DNA from: an uncultured Thermodesulfovibrio sp.
GTDB taxonomy: Bacteria > Nitrospirota > Thermodesulfovibrionia > Thermodesulfovibrionales > JdFR-85
Reading direction: 5' to 3'
DNA: 64,000 nucleotides
NCBI GenBank assembly: GCA_964542175.1
Contig: CAZITN010000001.1
Location: 8,891 to 72,890 of the forward strand
Below the pieces are notes generated by a model. That model was given only the letters and a program-made list of their open reading frames with translations, searched no databases and had not been told where the DNA came from. Position numbers and translations under genes: made by a program. The number at the start of each line of letters is the position of its first letter. The stretch's first letter is position 1. This document shows positions 55,292 to 62,880 of this stretch, piece by piece.

Positions 55292-57215
55292 GGCACTGAC
55301 AGCAGTAGTCGCTCTCACCGGTGACCTGAGTATCATAATAACAGGAGAGGTGAACCCACTTTTCTTCATACCCGGCGCACTTGTTCTTCCGGGTTATCTC
55401 AGGGCAATCCAGGGAAGGCCCCAGCTTTCACGGTATGCCGTGGGAGGGCTCTCCACGGTCTCCCTCCTTGTATTCGGGGTTGATGTTGTTTATATTTCCG
55501 GCGATCTTATAGTAGCAGTCTCCCACCTGACAATACTCTTCCATTCCATTAAGAGTTTTGACATAAAAGACCCTTGGGACTCCCTTCAGGTCTTCTTCAT
55601 GACCCTGATTCAGGTTCTTCTGGCCTCTGAACTCACGTCATCCCTCTTTTTCGGTGTTGTCTTTATTCTATTCATGATCGTGACAGCTATCTCACTGTTT
55701 TACTCACACCTTCTCCAGCAGGGTATCCACTCGATGAGGGGCTATCTCAGGCAGGCCCTGACTGTTACTTTCATTGTGAGCATCCTGAGCATACTCCTCT
55801 TTCCTGCGATCCCCCGTCTGAAGGGAAGTCTGTGGGGAAAGAGTATCGGCCGCGGGATGAAGTCGGGATTTTCCGAGAAGGTCCAACTTGGAGAACTCCA
55901 GGACCTTAAGCTTGACAGAACCCCGGTGATGCGTGTAACCGTCACACCGCCATTCAGAGGGATCCCATACTGGCGGGGAATAACCTTTGAGTTTTATGAA
56001 AATAATACCTGGCAGGATCTGGAGACCAGCAAAATGGTGATCCAGAGCAGTGATGGTGAGTTTGAAATAGGGCCTGGAGGCAGTGGTCCCAGATACAGCC
56101 AGGAGTTCATCCTGGAGCCCCTTGACACGGAATATATATTCTCACTTGGAAGGACCCAGAAACTGAGGACCAATGCAAGGAGGATTATAAGGCATAATGA
56201 CGGAGCACTCTCCATCCCGTTCAAGAAAGGAAAGAGGATAAGGTATACCGTTCAGAGCACCGCTGCCCCCCTTCCCCCTACACATGACGATTACCTCTAT
56301 CTGCAGATGCCGAAGGGGATGGACCGGGTAAGAGAACTTGCCCTTTCAGTCACTGAAAGGCTGGCTTCACCCTTTGAGAAGGCAAAGGCTATAGAAGGAT
56401 TTCTTAAGAGGGAATATACTTATTCATTAACAGTTCCTGCCCCTGGGGAAGGTCTGACACCAGTGGAGGATTTCCTCTTCAGGTCCAAGAGGGGGTACTG
56501 TGAGTATTATGCTACGGCCATGGCCCTGATGCTCCGCTCAATCGGGATACCGGCAAGGGTGGTATCGGGATACATGGGAGGAGAGTTCAACAGGTATGGA
56601 AACTATTATATTGTAAGACAGATGGATGCCCATACCTGGGTGGAGGCGATGATTGGGAGAAGGTGGGAGACCTTTGACCCAACACCACCGGCCCAGGCTG
56701 AAAAAAGGCATCCCCTGAACCTGTTCATGGATTACCTCAAACTGAACTGGGAGAGGTATGTGGTAGGTTTCAGCAGATATGACCAGGCAAGTATTATGAG
56801 ACGGCTGAGTCTTCCATCAATGAAATGGTCAGGCCGCGGGATGCCTCACGGGCGGAGATCAGTCCTCTCGACGGGTATTACTCTTCTGGGCGTTATCTTC
56901 TTGATTATAATAATCCTGTATTTCCGGAGTGGTCCATTCAGGCTTCCCCCTGAAAGCAGGCTCTACCTAAGACTCAGAACAGGGCTTGTCGGAAACAGGG
57001 CTGGCGAGTATTCGGCAAGGGAGGAGATGAGGAACAGGATTGGCAACCTTCCTCCAGGGACGAAGGAGAGGGCCTTTGAGTTCATCAGACTTTACGAAAG
57101 GATCAGATTTGGCGGTTCCTCTGATGACAATGACTTGAAACAACTGAAAAGCCTTTATGAAAAACTGCGGCAGGACCAGTCGTTCAGAAAAGCAGGGAAG
57201 AGAGGATACTCCTGA
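55275..57215 (+). CDS. membrane transglutaminase-like protein (DUF3488-TGase core-DUF4129 architecture)
   Basis: N-terminal polytopic region. TGase catalytic triad context is GYCEYYA, DAHTWVEA and FDPTP. Start set at ATG 55275 with GGAG 8 nt upstream. Confidence 0.82.
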   Translation: MPPIYKALTAVVALTGDLSIIITGEVNPLFFIPGALVLPGYLRAIQGRPQLSRYAVGGLSTVSLLVFGVDVVYISGDLIVAVSHLTILFHSIKSFDIKDPWDSLQVFFMTLIQVLLASELTSSLFFGVVFILFMIVTAISLFYSHLLQQGIHSMRGYLRQALTVTFIVSILSILLFPAIPRLKGSLWGKSIGRGMKSGFSEKVQLGELQDLKLDRTPVMRVTVTPPFRGIPYWRGITFEFYENNTWQDLETSKMVIQSSDGEFEIGPGGSGPRYSQEFILEPLDTEYIFSLGRTQKLRTNARRIIRHNDGALSIPFKKGKRIRYTVQSTAAPLPPTHDDYLYLQMPKGMDRVRELALSVTERLASPFEKAKAIEGFLKREYTYSLTVPAPGEGLTPVEDFLFRSKRGYCEYYATAMALMLRSIGIPARVVSGYMGGEFNRYGNYYIVRQMDAHTWVEAMIGRRWETFDPTPPAQAEKRHPLNLFMDYLKLNWERYVVGFSRYDQASIMRRLSLPSMKWSGRGMPHGRRSVLSTGITLLGVIFLIIIILYFRSGPFRLPPESRLYLRLRTGLVGNRAGEYSAREEMRNRIGNLPPGTKERAFEFIRLYERIRFGGSSDDNDLKQLKSLYEKLRQDQSFRKAGKRGYS

Positions 57216-57220
57216 CCTAA

Positions 57221-57485
57221 ATTGAGCGATTTTGCTCTATAGGCAGAGGGCCATGGGCCTTCACATCATTCTCGACGGGCCTCCATGCCCCATATACCCC
57301 AAAAAGTCTTTGACTTTTCGGGGGCCCCGTCTCCGAGGCGATCATCACGCCTCACCTCGAAACGAGTCTCACGACTCGTGGAGAGTCGTATCGACATCCG
57401 GGTGAGGCTTATGTGATGATCAAAACCGTTCAGGCCCACTGCCCCTCTACCTCCTTATATACTGTATCTGAAAAAACCGCTCAGT
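57221..57485. repeat. ~265-bp long imperfect palindrome / structured element (family-2-like ends)
   Basis: Nested inverted repeats: attgagcgatttt/aaaaaccgctcagt; aggcagagggccatgggcc/ggcccactgcccctctacct; gatcatcacgcctcacc/ggtgaggc..gtgatgatc. The central hairpins are cgagtc-tcac-gactcg or acgactc-gtgga-gagtcgt. Confidence 0.6.
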
Positions 57486-57559
57486 TTGGGTCCTGAGTTG
57501 GTAAAGACTTTGGAGGCTGGGGGCCATTTAAGGCCAGTTTTATGCAACTGGAAGGTTCA

Positions 57560-57817
57560 TTAAAACGATAAATATCTGTCCAGGATCACATCTGTCCAAG
57601 ATAATTTAAAGGGAAGGTCGATGCGACTCTTTGCTTTGACTCGCTTCGAGCGGCAAGGCTGCGAAAACACAATGCAACCGAGTCGAAGCGACCAAGCTCT
57701 ATTTAAGGGACAGGAACCTGAATCAGCAGATGTTAGAGAATGCTGTCTGAGAAGGTTTGTCAGTAGGCTGAATCCTTCTTTTTCAAAGGTGTCGAGCATT
57801 GGTGTTTTCTCCGCCAT
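57560..57817 (-). CDS. hypothetical small ORF (85 aa) within inverted module R1; paralogous to 60108..60290
   Basis: MAEKTPMLDTFEKEGFSLLTNLLRQ..ADSG..GCIVFSQPCR parallels MAKKTSMLETFKKKGFRFLTDLIRQ..ADSG..GCIVFLEPCR. The upstream SD-like sequence (GGGAAGG) is weak. It could be non-coding. Confidence 0.3.
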   Translation of the reverse strand: MAEKTPMLDTFEKEGFSLLTNLLRQHSLTSADSGSCPLNRAWSLRLGCIVFSQPCRSKRVKAKSRIDLPFKLSWTDVILDRYLSF

Positions 57818-57933
57818 ACCGCCTTCCCATGATACTCAGAATTGTTTTGGACACCACTGGTCCAGGATATTTCTGAAGAGAGACGGCAAGATTGTTTGGA
57901 CAGCACTGAAAATGATAGTAAGGTTCCCGGAAC

Positions 57934-60060
57934 ATGTCAGACAGCAGTAGAACAAGCATAAAGGTAACGGCCTTTCTCCTGGGCTTCATCTCCCTCCTTG
58001 CCCAGGTTCTCCTTTTGAGGAGTCTGCTTTCGGTATTTTCAGGAAATGAGTTGATTTTAGGGCTCATTCTGGCGCTATGGATCAGCTTTACAGGTACTGG
58101 CAGTATTCTGGGGGAACGATTAAGACCAGACAGGTCATACATAGGCTGGTCCTTTGTGATTGTGGGGCTCATGCTTATGGTGCTTCCCGTCTCTGTCTGG
58201 TATGTCTATCCTCTGTTCGGTATCTCCTTTGGCGAGGTGATCCCGTTACCTCTTACACTTCTGACAAACGCAGTAATCCTCCTTCCTCTCTGTCTCGTCT
58301 TCGGGGCACAGTTTCCCCTGATTGTAAAGTCCCCTGGACAGTCTCCTCCTTCAATCACCTATGGGCTTGAATCCCTTGGTGCCTTTGTCTCCGGACTGCT
58401 CTTTACCCTGGCTCTGGCCGGTCTGATTCCTGACCGGATACTAGTCCTCTCACTGAGTATAGTGTCAGTATTGACAGGGGTCTTTCTTTTGGACAGAACA
58501 CCTGGTGAAAGCAGAAAGGGGGGATCGGGTTTGATCGGCAAGTGGATCCATCTACTTGCCGGAGTACCGCTCCTGATGTATCTTATCCTCCCATCGCCAG
58601 GGGCGCAGATCATTCCAGGCAAAATAATGGAAAGAATGGAGTCCCGCCAGGGTGAGGTCATCATTACGAATATGGGCTCCCAGAGGAACTTCTATGTGTC
58701 AGGGAAACTGGTATTCTCATATCCCGAGCCTGTAACTGAAGAAATCCTCGGACACATACCACTCCTCTTTTCAAGGCCAGGGAAGGTACTGATCGTAGGT
58801 GGTTCTCCCGGTATTATCAGGGAGGTCCTCAGACACGAAAAGGCAGAAATAACATTCCTGGAACTGAACAGGACACTCCTCAAACTGGCTCTTCAGAATC
58901 TCACAACCGCTGACACGGCACTGATCACAAACTCCCCCCGCGTGGAGTTCGTCACTGACGATGCACGGCACTATCTGAAAGACTCGGACCGGTCTTTTCA
59001 GATTATCATCCTGAATCCCCCCTACCCCAGCACCGCCAGTTCCAACAGGTACTACACAGTGGAATTCTTCAACCTTCTGAAAAAGCGCCTGACGGATGGC
59101 GGGATCGTGCTCCTTCGTATCATGGCCGTACCTGGCTACATGGGAGAGGCGATGGCAAGGGCCAATGCCACAATCTACAACACATTCAGGGAGGTCTTTC
59201 CCTATCGGGAGGTCTCTTCCATGGAATATGGCCTGCTGATCGGGGCAAAGAGTCCTCTCAGGACTGACCTTAAAACTCTCCCTGAAAGATTCAACCAGTC
59301 CCGGCTGAAGACCCTATATCTGAACGGATCAGTTCTTGAAGATATCTTCTCTGAGTTCAAAAGGGAAAGGTTCAAACTTGCCCTTGAAGGCAGCAATGAC
59401 CTGAACACTGACATCCATCCCGTTGCCTACCTTCACAATGTGGCACTATGGAGTGAGGCCCACGGCGGGGGGATGCTGAAAGGTATACTGAATCACACCC
59501 GTCTGTCTATGATACTATTTGCTATCCTCTTTCCCCTCCTGCTCTTCCTGATGGGTCGTGCTGGAAGGGGGGCTTCTTATCCATTGATCTTCAGTACGGG
59601 CTTTCTGACTATCTCTGTCGTAACCCTCTCTCTCCTTCTTTACCAGGCCCTTGCCGGATATGTATATGAGATGATAGGCATGATCTCCACCCTTTACATG
59701 CTCGGAAGCGCCGGTGGTGCATTAGTGGCGGCAAGGTTCCCCAAAACAGGAAGGAGGGTGCTTCTTTTCACAGAAGGGGCATCGCTCCTTTTTCTGATGT
59801 TCTTCTTCATATTAAGCAGTTCAACTACAGGGATATTCGGCGGTGTATTTGCCGTGGGAGTGCTTGGAGGCTGGACCTTCGGGATTGCGGCAGGGATGGT
59901 TGAAAGGCCGTCTGTCCTTTACGGCACGGATCTTCTCGGGGCCTTTGTCGGTGCCCTTTCTACATCTATCTTCATCTTCCCGGTTTTCGGGCTTTATTAC
60001 ACCATGTTATTCCTGGTATATTTGAAGGCTCTGTCCCTTTTCTCAGCATGGAAGTTATGA
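57934..60060 (+). CDS. fused polytopic membrane / spermidine synthase-like (aminopropyltransferase fold) protein
   Basis: About 7 N-terminal TM helices and a central SAM-MTase/SpeE-like domain (VLIVGGSPGIIREVL...IIILNPPYP...YYTVEFF). More TM helices follow at the C-terminus. Confidence 0.78.
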   Translation: MSDSSRTSIKVTAFLLGFISLLAQVLLLRSLLSVFSGNELILGLILALWISFTGTGSILGERLRPDRSYIGWSFVIVGLMLMVLPVSVWYVYPLFGISFGEVIPLPLTLLTNAVILLPLCLVFGAQFPLIVKSPGQSPPSITYGLESLGAFVSGLLFTLALAGLIPDRILVLSLSIVSVLTGVFLLDRTPGESRKGGSGLIGKWIHLLAGVPLLMYLILPSPGAQIIPGKIMERMESRQGEVIITNMGSQRNFYVSGKLVFSYPEPVTEEILGHIPLLFSRPGKVLIVGGSPGIIREVLRHEKAEITFLELNRTLLKLALQNLTTADTALITNSPRVEFVTDDARHYLKDSDRSFQIIILNPPYPSTASSNRYYTVEFFNLLKKRLTDGGIVLLRIMAVPGYMGEAMARANATIYNTFREVFPYREVSSMEYGLLIGAKSPLRTDLKTLPERFNQSRLKTLYLNGSVLEDIFSEFKRERFKLALEGSNDLNTDIHPVAYLHNVALWSEAHGGGMLKGILNHTRLSMILFAILFPLLLFLMGRAGRGASYPLIFSTGFLTISVVTLSLLLYQALAGYVYEMIGMISTLYMLGSAGGALVAARFPKTGRRVLLFTEGASLLFLMFFFILSSSTTGIFGGVFAVGVLGGWTFGIAAGMVERPSVLYGTDLLGAFVGALSTSIFIFPVFGLYYTMLFLVYLKALSLFSAWKL

Positions 60061-60107
60061 ACTACCCACTATTGTTCAAGAAATTTCACAGAACTAGGAG
60101 AGACGGT

Positions 60108-60290
60108 ATGGCAAAGAAAACATCAATGCTCGAAACCTTTAAAAAGAAAGGTTTCAGATTCCTGACAGACCTGATCAGACAGACTGATCTAATACATGCT
60201 GATTCAGGTTTCTCTGCCATAAATCCTGTCGGTTGCATTGTGTTTTTGGAGCCATGCCGCCTCTCCTTTAAATATTGTGATCTACCATAA
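60108..60290 (+). CDS. hypothetical small ORF (60 aa) within inverted module R2, overlapping start of NosR-like gene
   Basis: SD AGGAG lies 7 nt upstream of the ATG. It is paralogous to 57560..57817. Its stop overlaps the candidate GTG start (60277) of the next gene. Confidence 0.35.
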   Translation: MAKKTSMLETFKKKGFRFLTDLIRQTDLIHADSGFSAINPVGCIVFLEPCRLSFKYCDLP

Positions 60291-61524
60291 GTTCATAAGA
60301 AGGACGGGGCTCCTCCTTGCCCTGGTGGTTCTGCTCTCCCTCTCTGCAGGCTGGCTCATGAGGGAAGAAGAACTTGATGTGAAAGCCCTGATCAAGGGCC
60401 TTGCTGGCGAAGATGTCCTGTTCCCCGAGAAGGTTGGTCCTCCCCCTCACTACCCCTCTGACACGGGCGTGATAGCCTTTAACTCCTACGAGGTAGTGCC
60501 TCACATCCGTGGCTACGCAGGCCCTATCAGGACGCTCATTGCCCTGGACAGCAGCGGTACGATACTCGGAGTACGAATCATCCAGCACAGGGAGACGGAA
60601 AACTATGTCCACTATGTGCTGACAAGGCAATACCTGGACCAGTATGTCGGCAAAAGGGTTACAGCCCCCCTTCAGGTCGGTCTTGACATAGACGGGATCA
60701 GCCGGGCCACCGTAAGTGTCAAGGCCCTCGCCCGGACAATCAGGGAGTCCTCACGGATCGTGGCTGGAGAACTTTTCGGAATCAGGGTTCAGGGGGAAGG
60801 CTCTGGGGCAGCAGTGGATCTGAAGTTCGTCCTCTATATCCTCTTTTTCAGTGGTACCCTCGGATTGTACATGGCCACTAAAAGGAAGAAGATCCTTCTC
60901 AGGTACAGGGAGACCGTACTCGTACTCAGCATCATCCTCATTGGCTTTTATGTAAGCACACCCTTCTCCATACTCCACATCCTGAACATACTCATGCTGA
61001 ACTACTCGACTTCCCTCCTCTGGCTTGCCATTGTTATCACCATATCGATAAGCCTTCTCCTGGCAGGAAGATTCTATTGCGGATGGCTCTGTCCTTTCGG
61101 GGCCTTATCTGAACTCATAGGGAAAATACCCCTAAGGAAGTGGCGCGTCTCAGACGAACAGGACCTGAAGTTGAGAAGGATCAAGTATTTTCTTCTCTTT
61201 TTGATCCTTCCCCTGGCTCTTGCTACCGGGAGGACTGATTATGCAACATTTGAACCATATCTGACCATATTTTCATTCCATGGATATGCCCTTCACTGGG
61301 TATTCGCCATCCTCACGGTGGTCATGAATCTAAGAGTAGAGAGGTTCTGGTGCCGGTATCTATGTCCCGTGGGAGGAGTGCTTGGCTTGCTCACCCTGAA
61401 AGCGAGGGGATATAAAAGCAGCCCGGCCTGCCCCATGAAAAACCCTGAAAATCCCCACATCTCTGAGTGCATCAGGTGTAACATATGTTACGACAGGGAC
61501 GACTCAAAATGTTCAAAAGGTTAA
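60277..61524 (+). CDS. NosR/NirI/NapH-like membrane protein: FMN-binding domain + polytopic 4Fe-4S-binding domain
   Basis: FMN_bind motif DGISRATVS. Membrane Cys motifs are CGWLCPFG, CRYLCPVG and C-terminal CIRCNIC. The start is ambiguous (GTG 60277 or ATG 60238). Confidence 0.75.
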   Translation: MIYHKFIRRTGLLLALVVLLSLSAGWLMREEELDVKALIKGLAGEDVLFPEKVGPPPHYPSDTGVIAFNSYEVVPHIRGYAGPIRTLIALDSSGTILGVRIIQHRETENYVHYVLTRQYLDQYVGKRVTAPLQVGLDIDGISRATVSVKALARTIRESSRIVAGELFGIRVQGEGSGAAVDLKFVLYILFFSGTLGLYMATKRKKILLRYRETVLVLSIILIGFYVSTPFSILHILNILMLNYSTSLLWLAIVITISISLLLAGRFYCGWLCPFGALSELIGKIPLRKWRVSDEQDLKLRRIKYFLLFLILPLALATGRTDYATFEPYLTIFSFHGYALHWVFAILTVVMNLRVERFWCRYLCPVGGVLGLLTLKARGYKSSPACPMKNPENPHISECIRCNICYDRDDSKCSKG

Positions 61525-61554
61525 AAATGCCCCGCTGATCTTTTATAATATAAA

Positions 61555-61755
61555 ATGCAGGAGAGCAGAAAACTCAGAGTTTCCATCTATCTATCCATAC
61601 TGCTGATACTCTCAATCGTTATTTACAATATATTTGATGAGTATCTCGAGACACACCTCTTTGCTTATCTGAAACGCCGTATCTACTATGAGCAGACCAT
61701 ATCAAAAAAGGACCTGAGCCGCCATCCGGCGAGATATTGGAGAAAGGTCAGATAA
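61555..61755 (+). CDS. hypothetical small membrane protein (66 aa, one TM helix)
   Basis: The ORF has a hydrophobic segment IYLSILLILSIVIY and a basic C-terminus. No clear SD was found. Confidence 0.35.
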   Translation: MQESRKLRVSIYLSILLILSIVIYNIFDEYLETHLFAYLKRRIYYEQTISKKDLSRHPARYWRKVR

Positions 61756-61772
61756 AGGGTTAAAATACTTAT

Positions 61773-62747
61773 ATGGCTTCACGGGTAAAATGTGAACTCT
61801 GCCCCACGGAGTGCATCCTGGGGGATTACCAGGTTGGCGGGTGCAAGGTCCGGATAAATCTTAAGGGGGAGCTTTACAGCCTTGTCTACGGGAAGCCCTG
61901 CGCTGTAGCCATTGACCCCATTGAGAAGAAACCTTTTTTCCATGTTCTGCCCGGAACAAAGGCATTCTCTGTTGCCACCGTCGGGTGTGTGCTTGGTTGC
62001 AAATTCTGCCAGAACTGGCAGATATCCCAGGCAAAGCCGGAGGAGTCTAAAAACTACAATCTCGAGCCAGATGATCTTGTAAGAAAAGCCTTGTTCTATG
62101 GTTCCCGATCCATTGCCCACACATACACGGAACCGACGGTGTTTTACGAATACATGTTCGACACCTCTTCCATTGCCCGGAAGTTCGGTATCTTGAATAC
62201 CATGCACACCTGTGGGTATATAAACGAAAGGCCCCTCAGGGAGCTTTCCAAGGTGCTTGATGCAGCCTGTGTTGACCTCAAGTCATTTTCTGAAGACTTT
62301 TACGCCCGGCTCTGCGGTGGGCGACTCAGACCCGTGCTTGATGCGCTCCTCACACTCAGAGACGAAGGGGTCTGGATCGAGATAACAAACCTCGTGATCC
62401 CCACACAGAACGACAGTCAGGAGGAGATCAGAGATATGTGCCGGTGGATTTATCGTAACCTCGGCCCTGATGTACCGCTCCATTTCTCACGGTTCTTCCC
62501 CCATTACAAGATGAAAAACCTGCCTCCAACTCCTTTAAGCACACTTCAGATGGCAAGAAAAGCCGCCATGGACGAGGGTCTCCGGTATGTCTATCTCGGA
62601 AACATCCGTTCACCTGCGGAAAACACATACTGTCCGGACTGTAAAAGGGTTATAATTGAGAGAAGCGGTTACTATGTCCGTAATATCAGGATAAAGGACT
62701 CTAAATGCATCTATTGCGGATATGAAATAGCAGGAAAGTGGAGTTAG
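61773..62747 (+). CDS. amrS: AmmeMemoRadiSam system radical SAM enzyme
   Basis: The N-terminal CELCPTEC...GGCKVR region, DPIEKKPFFHVLPG and the radical SAM motif GCVLGCKFCQNWQIS are typical of this family (PflA-like). Confidence 0.85.
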   Translation: MASRVKCELCPTECILGDYQVGGCKVRINLKGELYSLVYGKPCAVAIDPIEKKPFFHVLPGTKAFSVATVGCVLGCKFCQNWQISQAKPEESKNYNLEPDDLVRKALFYGSRSIAHTYTEPTVFYEYMFDTSSIARKFGILNTMHTCGYINERPLRELSKVLDAACVDLKSFSEDFYARLCGGRLRPVLDALLTLRDEGVWIEITNLVIPTQNDSQEEIRDMCRWIYRNLGPDVPLHFSRFFPHYKMKNLPPTPLSTLQMARKAAMDEGLRYVYLGNIRSPAENTYCPDCKRVIIERSGYYVRNIRIKDSKCIYCGYEIAGKWS

Positions 62748-62751
62748 GCTG

Positions 62752-62880
62752 ATGTTCGGAAGAAGGGACTTCATAAGGCTGTTCTTGATCGGGGGGATGC
62801 TATCTTGGACAGGGAGGTTTTTCAGTAAGTGGTGTTCCGCAGGACAGGTACGGAGAGCTCGGTTTTGGAAAAGGGTCTGA
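62752..62880 (+). CDS. candidate 42-aa ORF with twin-arginine-like N-terminus
   Basis: ATG lies 5 nt after the amrS stop. It translates to MFGRRDFIRLFLIGGMLSWTGRFFSKWCSAGQVRRARFWKRV. It overlaps the 5' end of the amrB-amrA frame. Confidence 0.3.
   Translation: MFGRRDFIRLFLIGGMLSWTGRFFSKWCSAGQVRRARFWKRV

Noticed and set aside
60048-60290. Track ORF starting at ATG 60048 (80 aa) and NosR-like start at ATG 60238
   Set aside because: The 60048 start lies inside the end of the SpeE-like gene and has no SD. ATG 60108 has AGGAG and matches the R1 paralog start. For the NosR-like gene, GTG 60277 gives a normal signal-anchor N-terminus. Both calls remain uncertain.
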